Assembly: GCA_034676585.1 (NCBI GenBank)
Contig: JAUCBY010000002.1
Location: 113,432 to 177,431 of the forward strand
Direction of reading: 5' to 3'
DNA from: Xanthobacter sp.
GTDB lineage: Bacteria > Pseudomonadota > Alphaproteobacteria > Rhizobiales > Xanthobacteraceae
DNA length: 64,000 nucleotides
Shown: one piece after another, positions 47,881 through 57,303 of the stretch
How positions within the stretch are numbered: position 1 is the first letter of the stretch
Layout of the letters: each line of letters begins with the position of its first letter
Program-made: the position numbers and the translations under genes
Notes under the pieces: generated by a model
The model's database searches: none
Seen by the model: only the letters and a program-made list of their open reading frames with translations
Told to the model about the DNA's origin: nothing

Positions 47881-48096
47881 CGTTCCCCTCACTTCAACGA
47901 ATCCAGATGAACTGACGTCATATTAGCAGATCATCCCCGCGCACGAGACCTGCAAAAACCCCTTCAAAACCTCCTGTCAGGTTTTATCCGGGAAGGGCAG
48001 CAGCCTCCGCAACCAATGACCATGACATCTTGCACTGCGCCTTGTCCCTTGGCACATAGAGACTCACCTGAAATATGGTTGAAAGCTCCGCCTCAT

Positions 48097-48273
48097 ATGA
48101 TTGCCATTGGCTGCCTCGCCCCGCTTATCCTCGGTGTCTTTGGCGCGTTATCCGGCCATTGGCTGGCAGGAACCGAAGGGCTGCTCTGGGGTGGTGGGGC
48201 CGGACTTGTTCTTGGCGGGCTTGTGCTTGGAGCCGTGGGCTGGGTGGTCGTCCAGATCAAAAAAGGAAGCTGA
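48097..48273 (+). CDS. small Gly-zipper membrane protein (58 aa from ATG 48097; the track ORF starts at 48016)
   Basis: MIAIGCLAPLILGVFGALSGHWLAG...GGGAGLVLGGLVLGAVGWVVVQIKKGS forms two GxxxG-rich TM segments. No convincing RBS at either start. Confidence 0.4.
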   Translation: MIAIGCLAPLILGVFGALSGHWLAGTEGLLWGGGAGLVLGGLVLGAVGWVVVQIKKGS

Positions 48274-48291
48274 ACGACCCGGCATCTCCGA

Positions 48292-49839
48292 TCAGGAGAG
48301 CGCCTCCTCCAGCCGGTTTGCTATTGTGCGCAGGATTTTGACCCGGGCAAAGCGCTTGTCCTCGGCCTCCACCAACGTCCATGGGGCAATGGCTGTAGAG
48401 GTGCGGTCCACCATTTCGGTTACGGCCTGCTCATAAAGTGGCCATTTGGCACGGTTGCGCCAGTCCTCCGGTGTCAGCTTGAAGCGCTTGTAGGGAACAA
48501 CCTCACGCGCTTCAAAACGGCGCTTCTGCTCTTCCTGACTGATGGCCAGCCAGAATTTCACCACCACCAGACCGGAGCGCGAAAGCTCGGCCTCGAAATC
48601 ATTGATTTCGGCATAAGCCCGCCCCCAGTCTGATGGCGAACACAACTCCTCCACCCGCTCCACCAGCACGCGCCCATACCATGAGCGGTCGAAAATCGCG
48701 GTCTGTCCCAGCGAGGGAATAGAGCGCCAGAAGCGCCACAGATAAGGGCGCGCCAGCTCTTCATCGGTCGGCGCAGCGATGGGGTAGACACGGAAATAGC
48801 GCGGGTCCAGCGCCTGCCGTACACGACGGATGGCAGAACCCTTCCCCGCCGCATCGCTCCCCTCAAAGGCCAGCACAAGGCCGCTCTTCTCAAATGCAGC
48901 CGATGTGGTTGCCGCAGTAATACGATGCTGCTCACGGGCAAGCTGGGCATCATAATCACTCTTCTCCAGCTTCTGGCTCAGATCCAGTGTGGAGAGAATG
49001 GAAAAATGGGGCAGTGCTTCGGCAAGTGTGGGAGCTGTTGCAGCAGTGGTTATGGAAGGCGCTGGTGCAGGGGCAGGCATTGGTGCAGGCGTTGGGGTTG
49101 CGGCAGGCTCGCTCTTCGGCTGTCCGGTCATGCGGCGCAGCTTTTCCAGCAGAACACCACCAATCGTGGCATCGCGATAGAGGGAGTTGCTGGCCGGAAC
49201 CACCTGCCAGGGCGCAAAATCGGTTGATGTGGTGCGCGCCACCTCTTCGGAAATCATGGCCAGCCGCTCACGTGCCTTCTTGCTGTCCAGTTCTTTCCAT
49301 TCGCGCACAACAGGGCGCTTATAGCTGCCATCTGTCAGCGACTTGAGACGTGTACGCGCCTCCTTCTGGTCCAGATACAGCCAGATCTTGAGAATGCTCA
49401 CGCCTTCGGCATCCAGCATGGCCTCAAACCGGCGAATGCGGTCCAGACTACGCATCAGCATGTCATCATCCGTGCGGCCCAGAACCCAGTTATTGACCGG
49501 CTTGTGGTACCAGGAACCCAGCATCAGCCCGATATCACCAAAAGGCGGCAGGCCACGCCAGTATTTCCACATATCCGGATGCTTGCGGTCATCCTGACTG
49601 ATGTCTTCAGTATTGTAGGTCAGCGTATCGAGCTTGCGGATATCCAGCCAGTTATAAAGCTGGTTCACCACAGCGCCTTTACCGGCACCATCCGGGCCAT
49701 GAATGAGCACCAGAAGGCTGCGCCTGTTCTGGTCAATCAACTGGAACTGAACATTGAGCAGCTCTTCTCGCAGGCCCGGCTCCAACGCCTTGTATGCGGC
49801 CTTGTCGAGAGTGTGGACCACCTTGGCTGACTCGAACAT
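48292..49839 (-). CDS. ppk2: two-domain polyphosphate kinase 2 (polyphosphate:AMP/ADP phosphotransferase type)
   Basis: Two PPK2 modules with P-loops HGPDGAGKG and EGSDAAGKG, plus the YLWRFW lid motif. ATG 49839 (MFESAKVVHTLDK). Confidence 0.9.
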   Translation of the reverse strand: MFESAKVVHTLDKAAYKALEPGLREELLNVQFQLIDQNRRSLLVLIHGPDGAGKGAVVNQLYNWLDIRKLDTLTYNTEDISQDDRKHPDMWKYWRGLPPFGDIGLMLGSWYHKPVNNWVLGRTDDDMLMRSLDRIRRFEAMLDAEGVSILKIWLYLDQKEARTRLKSLTDGSYKRPVVREWKELDSKKARERLAMISEEVARTTSTDFAPWQVVPASNSLYRDATIGGVLLEKLRRMTGQPKSEPAATPTPAPMPAPAPAPSITTAATAPTLAEALPHFSILSTLDLSQKLEKSDYDAQLAREQHRITAATTSAAFEKSGLVLAFEGSDAAGKGSAIRRVRQALDPRYFRVYPIAAPTDEELARPYLWRFWRSIPSLGQTAIFDRSWYGRVLVERVEELCSPSDWGRAYAEINDFEAELSRSGLVVVKFWLAISQEEQKRRFEAREVVPYKRFKLTPEDWRNRAKWPLYEQAVTEMVDRTSTAIAPWTLVEAEDKRFARVKILRTIANRLEEALS

Positions 49840-49953
49840 CCAGCTTGCCCCCTGCACGAAAGAATACGGCCGGATACCATGACCCGGCCGCCCGACTAAA
49901 CAACGTGCATGCTCACAACCAGATCGCAAGGGAAATTTCTGCGGAACAAGGGC

Positions 49954-50403
49954 TTATGTCGTCGCCTTTATCGTATCTCTTGATGGCACCTTCACCCAGG
50001 CCTCACCATCCAGCACCACTTCTCCATTGACAGAGCAGATGCAGGAGAGACGGGCGCGATGCTTTGCCGGCATCAGCTCCACCACCTCGACGACCACATC
50101 AACCGTGTCATCAATACGTACAGGGGCACGGAAATTCAGGGTCTGGGAAATATAGATCGCCCCCGGCCCCGGCAGACGTGTGCCCAGAACCGCAGAAATC
50201 AGGCCTGCCGTATAAAGCCCGTGGGCAATGCGCCCGCCAAAAGGGGTTCTTGCTGCAAAATGCTGGGACAGATGGATCGGGTTACGATCCCCCGTCAGTT
50301 CTGCAAAGCCGACAATATCCGAAGACGAAATCGTCTTGGATATGCGCTCGGTCCTCCCAACCGAAAGATCTTCAAAAAACAGATTCTGGAGTTCAAGAAA
50401 CAT
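49954..50403 (-). CDS. MaoC-like (R)-specific enoyl-CoA hydratase / hot-dog dehydratase
   Basis: FAELTGDRNPIHLSQHFAARTPFGGRIAHGLYTAGLIS. ATG 50403. Confidence 0.85.
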   Translation of the reverse strand: MFLELQNLFFEDLSVGRTERISKTISSSDIVGFAELTGDRNPIHLSQHFAARTPFGGRIAHGLYTAGLISAVLGTRLPGPGAIYISQTLNFRAPVRIDDTVDVVVEVVELMPAKHRARLSCICSVNGEVVLDGEAWVKVPSRDTIKATT

Positions 50404-50533
50404 GATCCACCACCGACTTCTTTGGTCAGATGGCGGACTGTAGGGTGTTTTGCAGCGCATTCAAACGCGAAATGCCTTGAACTATCGCAGCAGACGGGCA
50501 AAACCGCGCGGCAGAAATAGGCACGAAGCGCGG

Positions 50534-51475
50534 CTATGAAGCCGCGCCGTGCCATTTCCGGGCCAGTTCCACCAGAGCCTCATCCTTCTCATCTGGCAAA
50601 ACCAGATTGATCCGCACCTTCATGTCGCCATGGCCGCTCGTGGCCTTGGGCAAACCCTTGCCCCGCAAACGGAAGGTGCGCCCGCCCGAGGTCCAGGCCG
50701 GAACATTCAGCTCCACCGCGCCGGAGAGTGTGCGCACGCGCACCTTCGCACCCAGAACAGCATCAGCCAGCGGTACATCCACATTCTGGTGCAGATCATC
50801 ACCATCACGCTCAAACACATCATGAGCGGCATAATTGATGGTGACATAGGCATCACCCGCAGGCCCACCCATCTGGCTGGGGTGCCCCTGCCCCTTCAGG
50901 CGCATGCGGTGCCCTTCGCGCGTTCCGGCAGCGATCTTGATCTCGATCTGCTTTCCGTTCGGCAGGGTGACGCGGATCTTCGTGCCCTCGGTTGCATCTT
51001 CATAGCTCACCGAGAGGGAAAGCTCGGCATCTGCGCCCGGCGATGGCTGGAAGCCCCCACCGGCCGAACGGCGCTGACGACCAAAGCCGAAAATATCGCC
51101 AATATCCTCAAAACCGCCGCCCTGTGCGGCACCACCGCGGCGGGAGCCGCCCTGCCCGAACGAGAAGCTTTCGAAGATCGTATCGCCATCAAAGCCGGAG
51201 AACCCTCCCGGCCTGCGCCCCCCGCCAAAGCCGGAAAACTCGGGCGCGCGCGGCTTGCCTTCCGCATCAATCTCGCCCCGATCAAACTGGCCGCGCTTTT
51301 CCTTGTCAGCCAGAATCTCGTGGGCGGTATTCAGCTCCGCGAACTTGTCTTGCGCCTTCGGATCAGACGTATTGGCATCGGGATGCAGCTTTTTCGCCAG
51401 CCGTCGATAGGCGCGCTTGATCTCCGCTTCATCGGCAGTCTTGGAAATGCCGAGGACATCGTATGGATCACGCAT
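50534..51475 (-). CDS. cbpA: J-domain co-chaperone without zinc finger (CbpA-like)
   Basis: MRDPYDVLGISKTADEAEIKRAYRRLAKKLHPD J domain, a G/F-rich linker and two DnaJ C-terminal beta domains. No CxxCxGxG repeats. Confidence 0.88.
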   Translation of the reverse strand: MRDPYDVLGISKTADEAEIKRAYRRLAKKLHPDANTSDPKAQDKFAELNTAHEILADKEKRGQFDRGEIDAEGKPRAPEFSGFGGGRRPGGFSGFDGDTIFESFSFGQGGSRRGGAAQGGGFEDIGDIFGFGRQRRSAGGGFQPSPGADAELSLSVSYEDATEGTKIRVTLPNGKQIEIKIAAGTREGHRMRLKGQGHPSQMGGPAGDAYVTINYAAHDVFERDGDDLHQNVDVPLADAVLGAKVRVRTLSGAVELNVPAWTSGGRTFRLRGKGLPKATSGHGDMKVRINLVLPDEKDEALVELARKWHGAAS

Positions 51476-51619
51476 GAAATATCACCTCGCCGGCCAGCAT
51501 TTCCAGACAGCCGGCCGCAGGCAGCATGTGGGGCTATAGCGTTAAAAATGCAACACCCGTTGCCCTGCAACCGGCAAAATCATCGCAAAAAAGACGGGAC
51601 CCGTCTTTTCCATCCTTCT

Positions 51620-52141
51620 CTATACCTGATCCAGCACCCGCACCTGAGAGAACTCAACCTGGCCAGCCTTGCGACAAACCTCGCCGCGCACCCAGCGGTC
51701 GGGCATCTGTTCCACCAGTATGGCGATCATGAAATCCCGGCATTTTCCGCTGCGTTCGGCGCCAATCGGCGTTGCGGTGCCACGCGCGCCTGTTTCCATA
51801 TTCTGCCAGGCAATTGAAACATCATCTTCTGATGAATCCAGCGCCTCATCCAGCGCCTGAGTGGCCATGCGCCAATCGGCAACGGCAACGCCCTGAGGCG
51901 GTTCAGGCAGGTTTCGCATTTCAGAGACAGGGCGGGCAGAGATGGAGCCTGTTTCCAGATCAGCATCATCCACAGCACTGCTCATGCCGGAACAACCGGC
52001 ACATGCGGCAACAAGCGCGAGCAAAACCACGCCGGCTCCAGCGCGAAGCCCTTCGCGAAAGCGGACGGGACTTCTATAAGAAGATGTCCGTTCCCATTCG
52101 GGCGCGGTCGGGAATCGACAAGGCACAAGGGGCTCCCACAT
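51620..52141 (-). CDS. putative lipoprotein, surface-antigen-like (17-kDa antigen / RT0821-Lpp0805-like); start uncertain
   Basis: Lipobox LVAAC(AGC) followed by a Cys-containing C-terminal domain (GKCRDF...EVCRK). Candidate starts are ATG 52141, which overlaps the pdxH ATG head-to-head, or GTG 52030 with GGAG 5 nt upstream. Confidence 0.6.
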   Translation of the reverse strand: MWEPLVPCRFPTAPEWERTSSYRSPVRFREGLRAGAGVVLLALVAACAGCSGMSSAVDDADLETGSISARPVSEMRNLPEPPQGVAVADWRMATQALDEALDSSEDDVSIAWQNMETGARGTATPIGAERSGKCRDFMIAILVEQMPDRWVRGEVCRKAGQVEFSQVRVLDQV

Positions 52142-52781
52142 GACGACACAGAAACCAAAGGAAGCCCGCGAGACCTTAACATCTGGTGATTTCACGCAGG
52201 CGCATGACCCTTTTGGTCTTTTTGCGCAGTGGCTGGCCGATGCAGAGAAGAATGAGGTTAACGATCCCAACGCCATGACACTGGCGACTGTGGACGAATC
52301 CGGCTTGCCGGATGCCCGTATGGTGCTGCTCAAGGGCGTGGATGACCGGGGTTTCGTGTTTTACACCAATACGGGAAGCGCCAAGGGCCGCGAACTGATC
52401 GCAACCCCCAAGGCTGCTTTGGTGTTTCATTGGAAATCACTGCGCCGTCAGGTGCGCGTGCGCGGGCCAGTGGAAAATGTGACGGATGCCGAGGCGGACG
52501 AATATTTCGCGTCCCGCCCGCGTTTGTCCCAGATTGGCGCATGGGCCAGCCAGCAGTCCACCCCGCTGGAAGGACGCTTTGCGCTGGAAACAGCCGTGGC
52601 AAAAACCACGGCCAAATACGCCATCGGCACAGTCCCGCGTCCGCCCCACTGGACAGGCTTCCGCATTGTGCCGGTCTCCATCGAGTTCTGGCACGACAGG
52701 CCCTTCCGTCTGCATGATCGCGTGGTTTTCCGCCGCGACAACCCGGAAACGGCATGGGGTACAACTCGCCTGTTTCCCTGA
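52140..52781 (+). CDS. pdxH: pyridoxamine 5'-phosphate oxidase
   Basis: [51 protein letters not shown]. Confidence 0.95.
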   Translation: MTTQKPKEARETLTSGDFTQAHDPFGLFAQWLADAEKNEVNDPNAMTLATVDESGLPDARMVLLKGVDDRGFVFYTNTGSAKGRELIATPKAALVFHWKSLRRQVRVRGPVENVTDAEADEYFASRPRLSQIGAWASQQSTPLEGRFALETAVAKTTAKYAIGTVPRPPHWTGFRIVPVSIEFWHDRPFRLHDRVVFRRDNPETAWGTTRLFP

Positions 52782-52800
52782 TAAGTTGTCATTCCCTATG

Positions 52801-52831
52801 AAAAAAGGCGGCTCATTTGGCCGCCTTTTTT
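52801..52831. terminator. bidirectional intrinsic terminator
   Basis: AAAAAAGGCGGC-loop-GCCGCCTTTTTT between convergent pdxH and the acyl-CoA dehydrogenase gene. Confidence 0.8.
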
Positions 52832-52878
52832 ACTTTTTGCGAAAGCTTGAGCGGCAAGACCGGGTTGCCGCGCGCGGA

Positions 52879-54675
52879 TCACTCCAGATTCAAAACTGCG
52901 GATGCGCCGGCAAGGCTGTGATGCCCGCCAATGACGACATCTTCCAGCCCCCGAGCTTGCGGGCACAGATTCTCAGCAAAGAAGCGGGCTGTGGCAATGC
53001 GGGCGGCAAGGCGCGGGTCGCTGTCTCCCTCACTGATCAGGCGTGCCGATGCAATCGCGGCGCGCGCCAGATAGGCCCCGCCTGCCGCACGCGCGAACAG
53101 CCGCAGATAAGGCGTTGCCCCGGCCAGAGCCTTCTGCGTATCCGCTCCAAGCCAGCCCTGAAGCTGCGCTGTTGCTCGCGCAAGGGCATCCACCGCCTCG
53201 GCAAGCCGCTCACCGGCATGGCCAAACAGCGCGCTATCCTGCGCCTTCAGTTCCTGCGCTGTCTCACGATAAGAGGCGATCAGCGTATCCACCACGCTCC
53301 CGCCTTCCAGCGGCAGCTTGCGGGCCACCAGATCAATGGCCTGAATGCCATTCGTGCCCTCATAAATCGCGAAAATCCGCGCATCGCGATAATGCTGGGC
53401 TGCGCCGGTTTCCTCAATATAGCCCGCCCCGCCATGCACCTGCACACCGAGCGAGGCCACTTCAATACCGATATCGGTTGAGAAAGCCTTGGCCACGGGC
53501 GTCAGCAGGCTGGCCTCGGCATGGGCGGCAGCGCGGGCATCGGCATCCGGCAGGCGGTGGAAACGATCCAGCGCATCGGCCGTCATCAGGCAGATGGCGC
53601 GGGCGGCATCGGTTTCCGCACGCATGGTCAGCAGCATGCGCTGCACATCCGCATGCAGAATGATGGGGGCCATGCCCTCGCCGGTCCACCCCGGAGCCTT
53701 GCCCTGACGGCGCTCCCTTGCATAAGCGAAAGCGCGCTGGGTAGCGCGTTCCGCCACTGCCACGCCCTGAATGCCAACAGCCAGACGCGCATTGTTCATC
53801 ATGGTGAACATGCAGGCGAGACCGCGGTTTTCCTCGCCAACCAGCCAGCCGATAGCCCCTTCGCCCGTATCGCCGAAGGTCATGGTGCAGGTGGGGGAGC
53901 CGTGCAGGCCCAGCTTGTGCTCCAGCCCGGTGCACCACACATCATTGCGCGCGCCAAGGCTGCCATCCTCATTCACGAGGAATTTCGGCACGACAAACAG
54001 CGAGATGCCCTTTACGCCTGCAGGCGCATCCGGCAGACGGGCCAGAACCAGATGCACGATATTTTCGGAAATATCCTGCTCACCATAGGTAATGAAGATC
54101 TTGGTGCCGAAAATACGGTAGGTGCCGTCATCCTGCTTCACAGCCTTGGCACGCAGGGCGGCAAGATCGGAACCGGCCTGCGGCTCCGTCAGGTTCATGG
54201 TGCCGCTCCAAACGCCGGAGACCAGCTTTTCCAGATAGGTGTTCTGGAGATATTCGGAGCCGTGGGCGGTGATCGCCTCGATGGACCCCATGGTCAGCAC
54301 GCCGCCGATACCGAAAGAGGGCGAGGCCGTATTCCAGAATTCCGTCAGCGCAGACGTGACGGAGATGGGCAAATGCTGGCCACCAAAGCGCTCTTCTGCT
54401 GCCACCGCGCCCCATCCGGCATCTGCCCAGTTTTTGTAAGCCTCTTTCCAGCCTCTGGGTGTGGTGACAGCGCCATCCTTCAGCGTGCAGCCCTGCTGAT
54501 CGGCATTGCGGTCCAGCGGTTCAATCTCGGCAGAAGCGAACTTGCCTGCCTCTTCAAGAACCGGGTCCAGCACATCAAGGGTCAAATCCACCAGACCTTC
54601 ATCCGCAAGCCGCGGCAAAGCGGTGCAGGTCTTCAGGAAAAAGGAAATATCCTCCACCGGAGCACGATACGCCAT
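52879..54675 (-). CDS. large acyl-CoA dehydrogenase (about 600 aa, with extra C-terminal domain)
   Basis: ACAD N, middle and C domains (GTMNLTEPQAGSD, IFITYGE, QVHGGAGYIEE, IYEGTNGIQ). ATG 54675 is preceded by AAGGAG. Confidence 0.9.
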   Translation of the reverse strand: MAYRAPVEDISFFLKTCTALPRLADEGLVDLTLDVLDPVLEEAGKFASAEIEPLDRNADQQGCTLKDGAVTTPRGWKEAYKNWADAGWGAVAAEERFGGQHLPISVTSALTEFWNTASPSFGIGGVLTMGSIEAITAHGSEYLQNTYLEKLVSGVWSGTMNLTEPQAGSDLAALRAKAVKQDDGTYRIFGTKIFITYGEQDISENIVHLVLARLPDAPAGVKGISLFVVPKFLVNEDGSLGARNDVWCTGLEHKLGLHGSPTCTMTFGDTGEGAIGWLVGEENRGLACMFTMMNNARLAVGIQGVAVAERATQRAFAYARERRQGKAPGWTGEGMAPIILHADVQRMLLTMRAETDAARAICLMTADALDRFHRLPDADARAAAHAEASLLTPVAKAFSTDIGIEVASLGVQVHGGAGYIEETGAAQHYRDARIFAIYEGTNGIQAIDLVARKLPLEGGSVVDTLIASYRETAQELKAQDSALFGHAGERLAEAVDALARATAQLQGWLGADTQKALAGATPYLRLFARAAGGAYLARAAIASARLISEGDSDPRLAARIATARFFAENLCPQARGLEDVVIGGHHSLAGASAVLNLE

Positions 54676-54885
54676 CACTCTCTCCTTGCGATGCACGCGC
54701 CATGCGTGCGGCTTGACCCAATCCGCCGTCCGCGCTCTAAGCGCTGGTGTCGGCCCGTTTCCGGAAGTGCCCCCGCGTATGACCTTGGGCAAAATACCGA
54801 CTGTTCCTGAACATGCCCCATCAGGGACACGCCTTCCGTTTACGGAAGGCTCTTATGACGGGGGCTGCAAGATGACGCAACCAGC

Positions 54886-55905
54886 ATGGCCCAGCCAAAT
54901 TCCTATCGCCCGACCCAACATCTACACATAGAGCAAGACGATGCCATAGAAATGGCAGCCGCTTTATTGCGTGATGGAGGCCTTCTCGCCTTTCCAACCG
55001 AGACAGTTTATGGCCTTGGCGCGGATGCGACCAATCCTCAGGCCGTCGCCGCCCTCTATGCCTCGAAGGGCCGACCCGCCTTCAACCCGCTGATTTCGCA
55101 TTTCCCCCATGCGGAAGATGCAATGCAGAATGGCGTTTTCAACAATGCCGCCCGCAAGCTTGCATCCGCTTTCTGGCCGGGACCATTGACGCTGGTGGTG
55201 CCGTTCGCTGGTGGTGACATCTGTGATCTGGCCCGTGCGGGGCTGGATACGGTGGCACTGCGGGTGCCGAACCACCCTGTTGCGCATGACCTGCTGCAAG
55301 CCTGCGGCTTCCCCGTTGTGGCTCCCAGCGCCAACCGCTCCGGCCATGTCTCGCCCACATCTGCCGCCCATGTGCTGGAGGATCTGGCCGGGCGCATAGA
55401 TGGCGTGCTGGATGGCGGCCCGACAGAAGTGGGTGTGGAATCCACCATCATTGATGCCACCGGCCCCGTTCCGCATCTGCTGCGCCCCGGCGGCATCACG
55501 CGTGAGGCGATTGAGGCCGTACTCGGTTTCTCCATTGCTGCGGCAGAGAGCGATGATTCCGCGCGTCCGGCATCACCCGGCCGTCTCGCCTCGCATTATG
55601 CTCCCCGCATCCCTGTACGGCTGGATATTTCCGGTGTTGAATCCGGCGAGGCCCTGCTGACCTTTGGCGGCGCAACTCCACCCGGCACCGAACATGCGGC
55701 CACCATACTCGACCTCAGCCCGGCCGGGGATCTCACGCAAGCGGCGGCCCGCCTTTATGAGGCGCTGCGCACGCTGGATGCGTCTGGTGCCAGTGCCATC
55801 GCCGTGGTTCCCCTGCCCCGCACCGGACTGGGTGAGGCGATTGCGGACCGGCTGGGACGCGCGGCCGCGCCGCGCCCGCAAGAAGACCTTTCCGAAAACA
55901 CCTGA
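54886..55905 (+). CDS. tsaC: L-threonylcarbamoyladenylate synthase (YrdC plus Sua5 domains)
   Basis: FPTETVYGLGADATN, KGRPAFNPLISH, APSANRSGHVSPT. Confidence 0.9.
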   Translation: MAQPNSYRPTQHLHIEQDDAIEMAAALLRDGGLLAFPTETVYGLGADATNPQAVAALYASKGRPAFNPLISHFPHAEDAMQNGVFNNAARKLASAFWPGPLTLVVPFAGGDICDLARAGLDTVALRVPNHPVAHDLLQACGFPVVAPSANRSGHVSPTSAAHVLEDLAGRIDGVLDGGPTEVGVESTIIDATGPVPHLLRPGGITREAIEAVLGFSIAAAESDDSARPASPGRLASHYAPRIPVRLDISGVESGEALLTFGGATPPGTEHAATILDLSPAGDLTQAAARLYEALRTLDASGASAIAVVPLPRTGLGEAIADRLGRAAAPRPQEDLSENT

Positions 55906-56052
55906 AATCTTCAATCAACCTGCCGCCTGGTGAACTGAAAGACAGGACGAAAGCACTATCCAGCCAATTGAGCCGCCTCAAATTCAGGCATGGGCGATAT
56001 GAATATGGTATGATTCAAAGAAAATCAGTGCCCCGGGGAGGCGCCCTCATTC

Positions 56053-56982
56053 ATGTCCACATTGCTCGTCACCCATCCGGCAGGTTTGAAACATCTCACC
56101 CCTGAAGGTCATCCTGAACGGGCAGACCGCCTGCGCGTGCTGGATCGTATTCTGGAACAGGAGAAATTCTCCCTGCTTGCGCGCGACCTTGCCCCGCTTG
56201 GTGAGCGCGAAGACATTATCCGCGTCCACCCGGCAGACTTTGTGGATGCGCTGGGCGCAGCCGTTCCCGCAGAGGGAATCGTGCGGATTGATGACGACAC
56301 CATCATGTCTCCCGGCAGTTGGGAGGCGGTTCTACGCGCTGTTGGCGGGGCCTGCTTTGCCGTGGATGAAGTGATGGAACGCAAGGTGGCGAATGCCTTT
56401 GTGGCCATGCGCCCACCGGGCCACCATTGCGAAATCCGCAAGCCCATGGGCTTCTGCCTGCTCAATCAGGCTGCCATCGCCGCGCGCCATGCGCAGGCCA
56501 AATATGGCGTGGAGCGGGTCGCCATCATTGATTTTGACGTCCACCACGGCAATGGCACGCAGGCCATCTTCTGGAATGACCCGAGCGTGATGTACTGCTC
56601 CACGCACGAGATGCCGCTTTTTCCCGGCACCGGCGAACTCAGCGAAACCGGTGAGGCGAACACCATTGTGAACGCCCCCCTGCGCGCCGGGGATGACGGG
56701 TCTGTGTTCCGCGAGGCCATGAACAGCCGGATTCTGCCCCGTCTGGAAGCCTTCCGCCCGGATCTGGTCATTATCTCTGCCGGCTTCGATGCCCACAAGG
56801 ATGATCCGCTGGGTGACATCCGGCTGGTGGAAAGTGACTTCACATGGGTGACGCAGAGCCTGATGGGCCTTGCGGACAAGACATGCGGCGGGCGTGTCGT
56901 TTCCCTGCTTGAGGGCGGGTATGATCTCAACTCTCTCGCCACATCTGCTGCCGCCCATGTCAGCGCACTGATGCGCGGCTGA
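56053..56982 (+). CDS. histone deacetylase-family amidohydrolase (acetoin utilisation / acetylpolyamine amidohydrolase-like)
   Basis: RPPGHH, DFDVHHGNGTQ and GFDAHKDDPLG metal and active-site motifs. GGGGAGG RBS. Confidence 0.9.
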   Translation: MSTLLVTHPAGLKHLTPEGHPERADRLRVLDRILEQEKFSLLARDLAPLGEREDIIRVHPADFVDALGAAVPAEGIVRIDDDTIMSPGSWEAVLRAVGGACFAVDEVMERKVANAFVAMRPPGHHCEIRKPMGFCLLNQAAIAARHAQAKYGVERVAIIDFDVHHGNGTQAIFWNDPSVMYCSTHEMPLFPGTGELSETGEANTIVNAPLRAGDDGSVFREAMNSRILPRLEAFRPDLVIISAGFDAHKDDPLGDIRLVESDFTWVTQSLMGLADKTCGGRVVSLLEGGYDLNSLATSAAAHVSALMRG

Positions 56983-57303
56983 TGCATCAGTAAACCGACA
57001 AGACGACAGAAGGGGACGAGAAACTGCGCCCCCTTCATTGCGGGAATGAACACAGTTGTGCAGGCCCTCGGCCACATCACACATGCCTCAAGCACGGTGA
57101 GCTTGCAAACGTGCAATGCCTGATGATGAACCGTGCAATACCCTGAAAATACAATAAATCAAAACAAGTTATAGGGCGACAAACCCTGTCTGGCACTTGC
57201 CTGACACCCCAAACCATATGATGCCCCTCGCACCCGGATGCAGGGCTACCATATGCTTGGGGAAGCCGAGCTCACCAGCTCCGCACAAGTCAGGACCAGT
57301 CTC

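Noticed and set aside
47913-47920. TGACGTCA perfect 8-bp palindrome between the two small ORFs
   Set aside because: It is too short to be meaningful on its own, and I know of no bacterial regulator consensus that it matches.
50549-51817. 422-aa ORF on the plus strand
   Set aside because: It is antisense to the CbpA-like J-protein gene and the lipoprotein gene. It is a shadow ORF.
53521-54810. 429-aa ORF on the plus strand
   Set aside because: It is antisense to the acyl-CoA dehydrogenase gene, which has clear ACAD motifs.
57191-57200. TGGCAC...TTGC resembling a sigma54 -24/-12 promoter
   Set aside because: GG and GC are only 6 nt apart (TGGCACTTGC) instead of the required 10-nt spacing.
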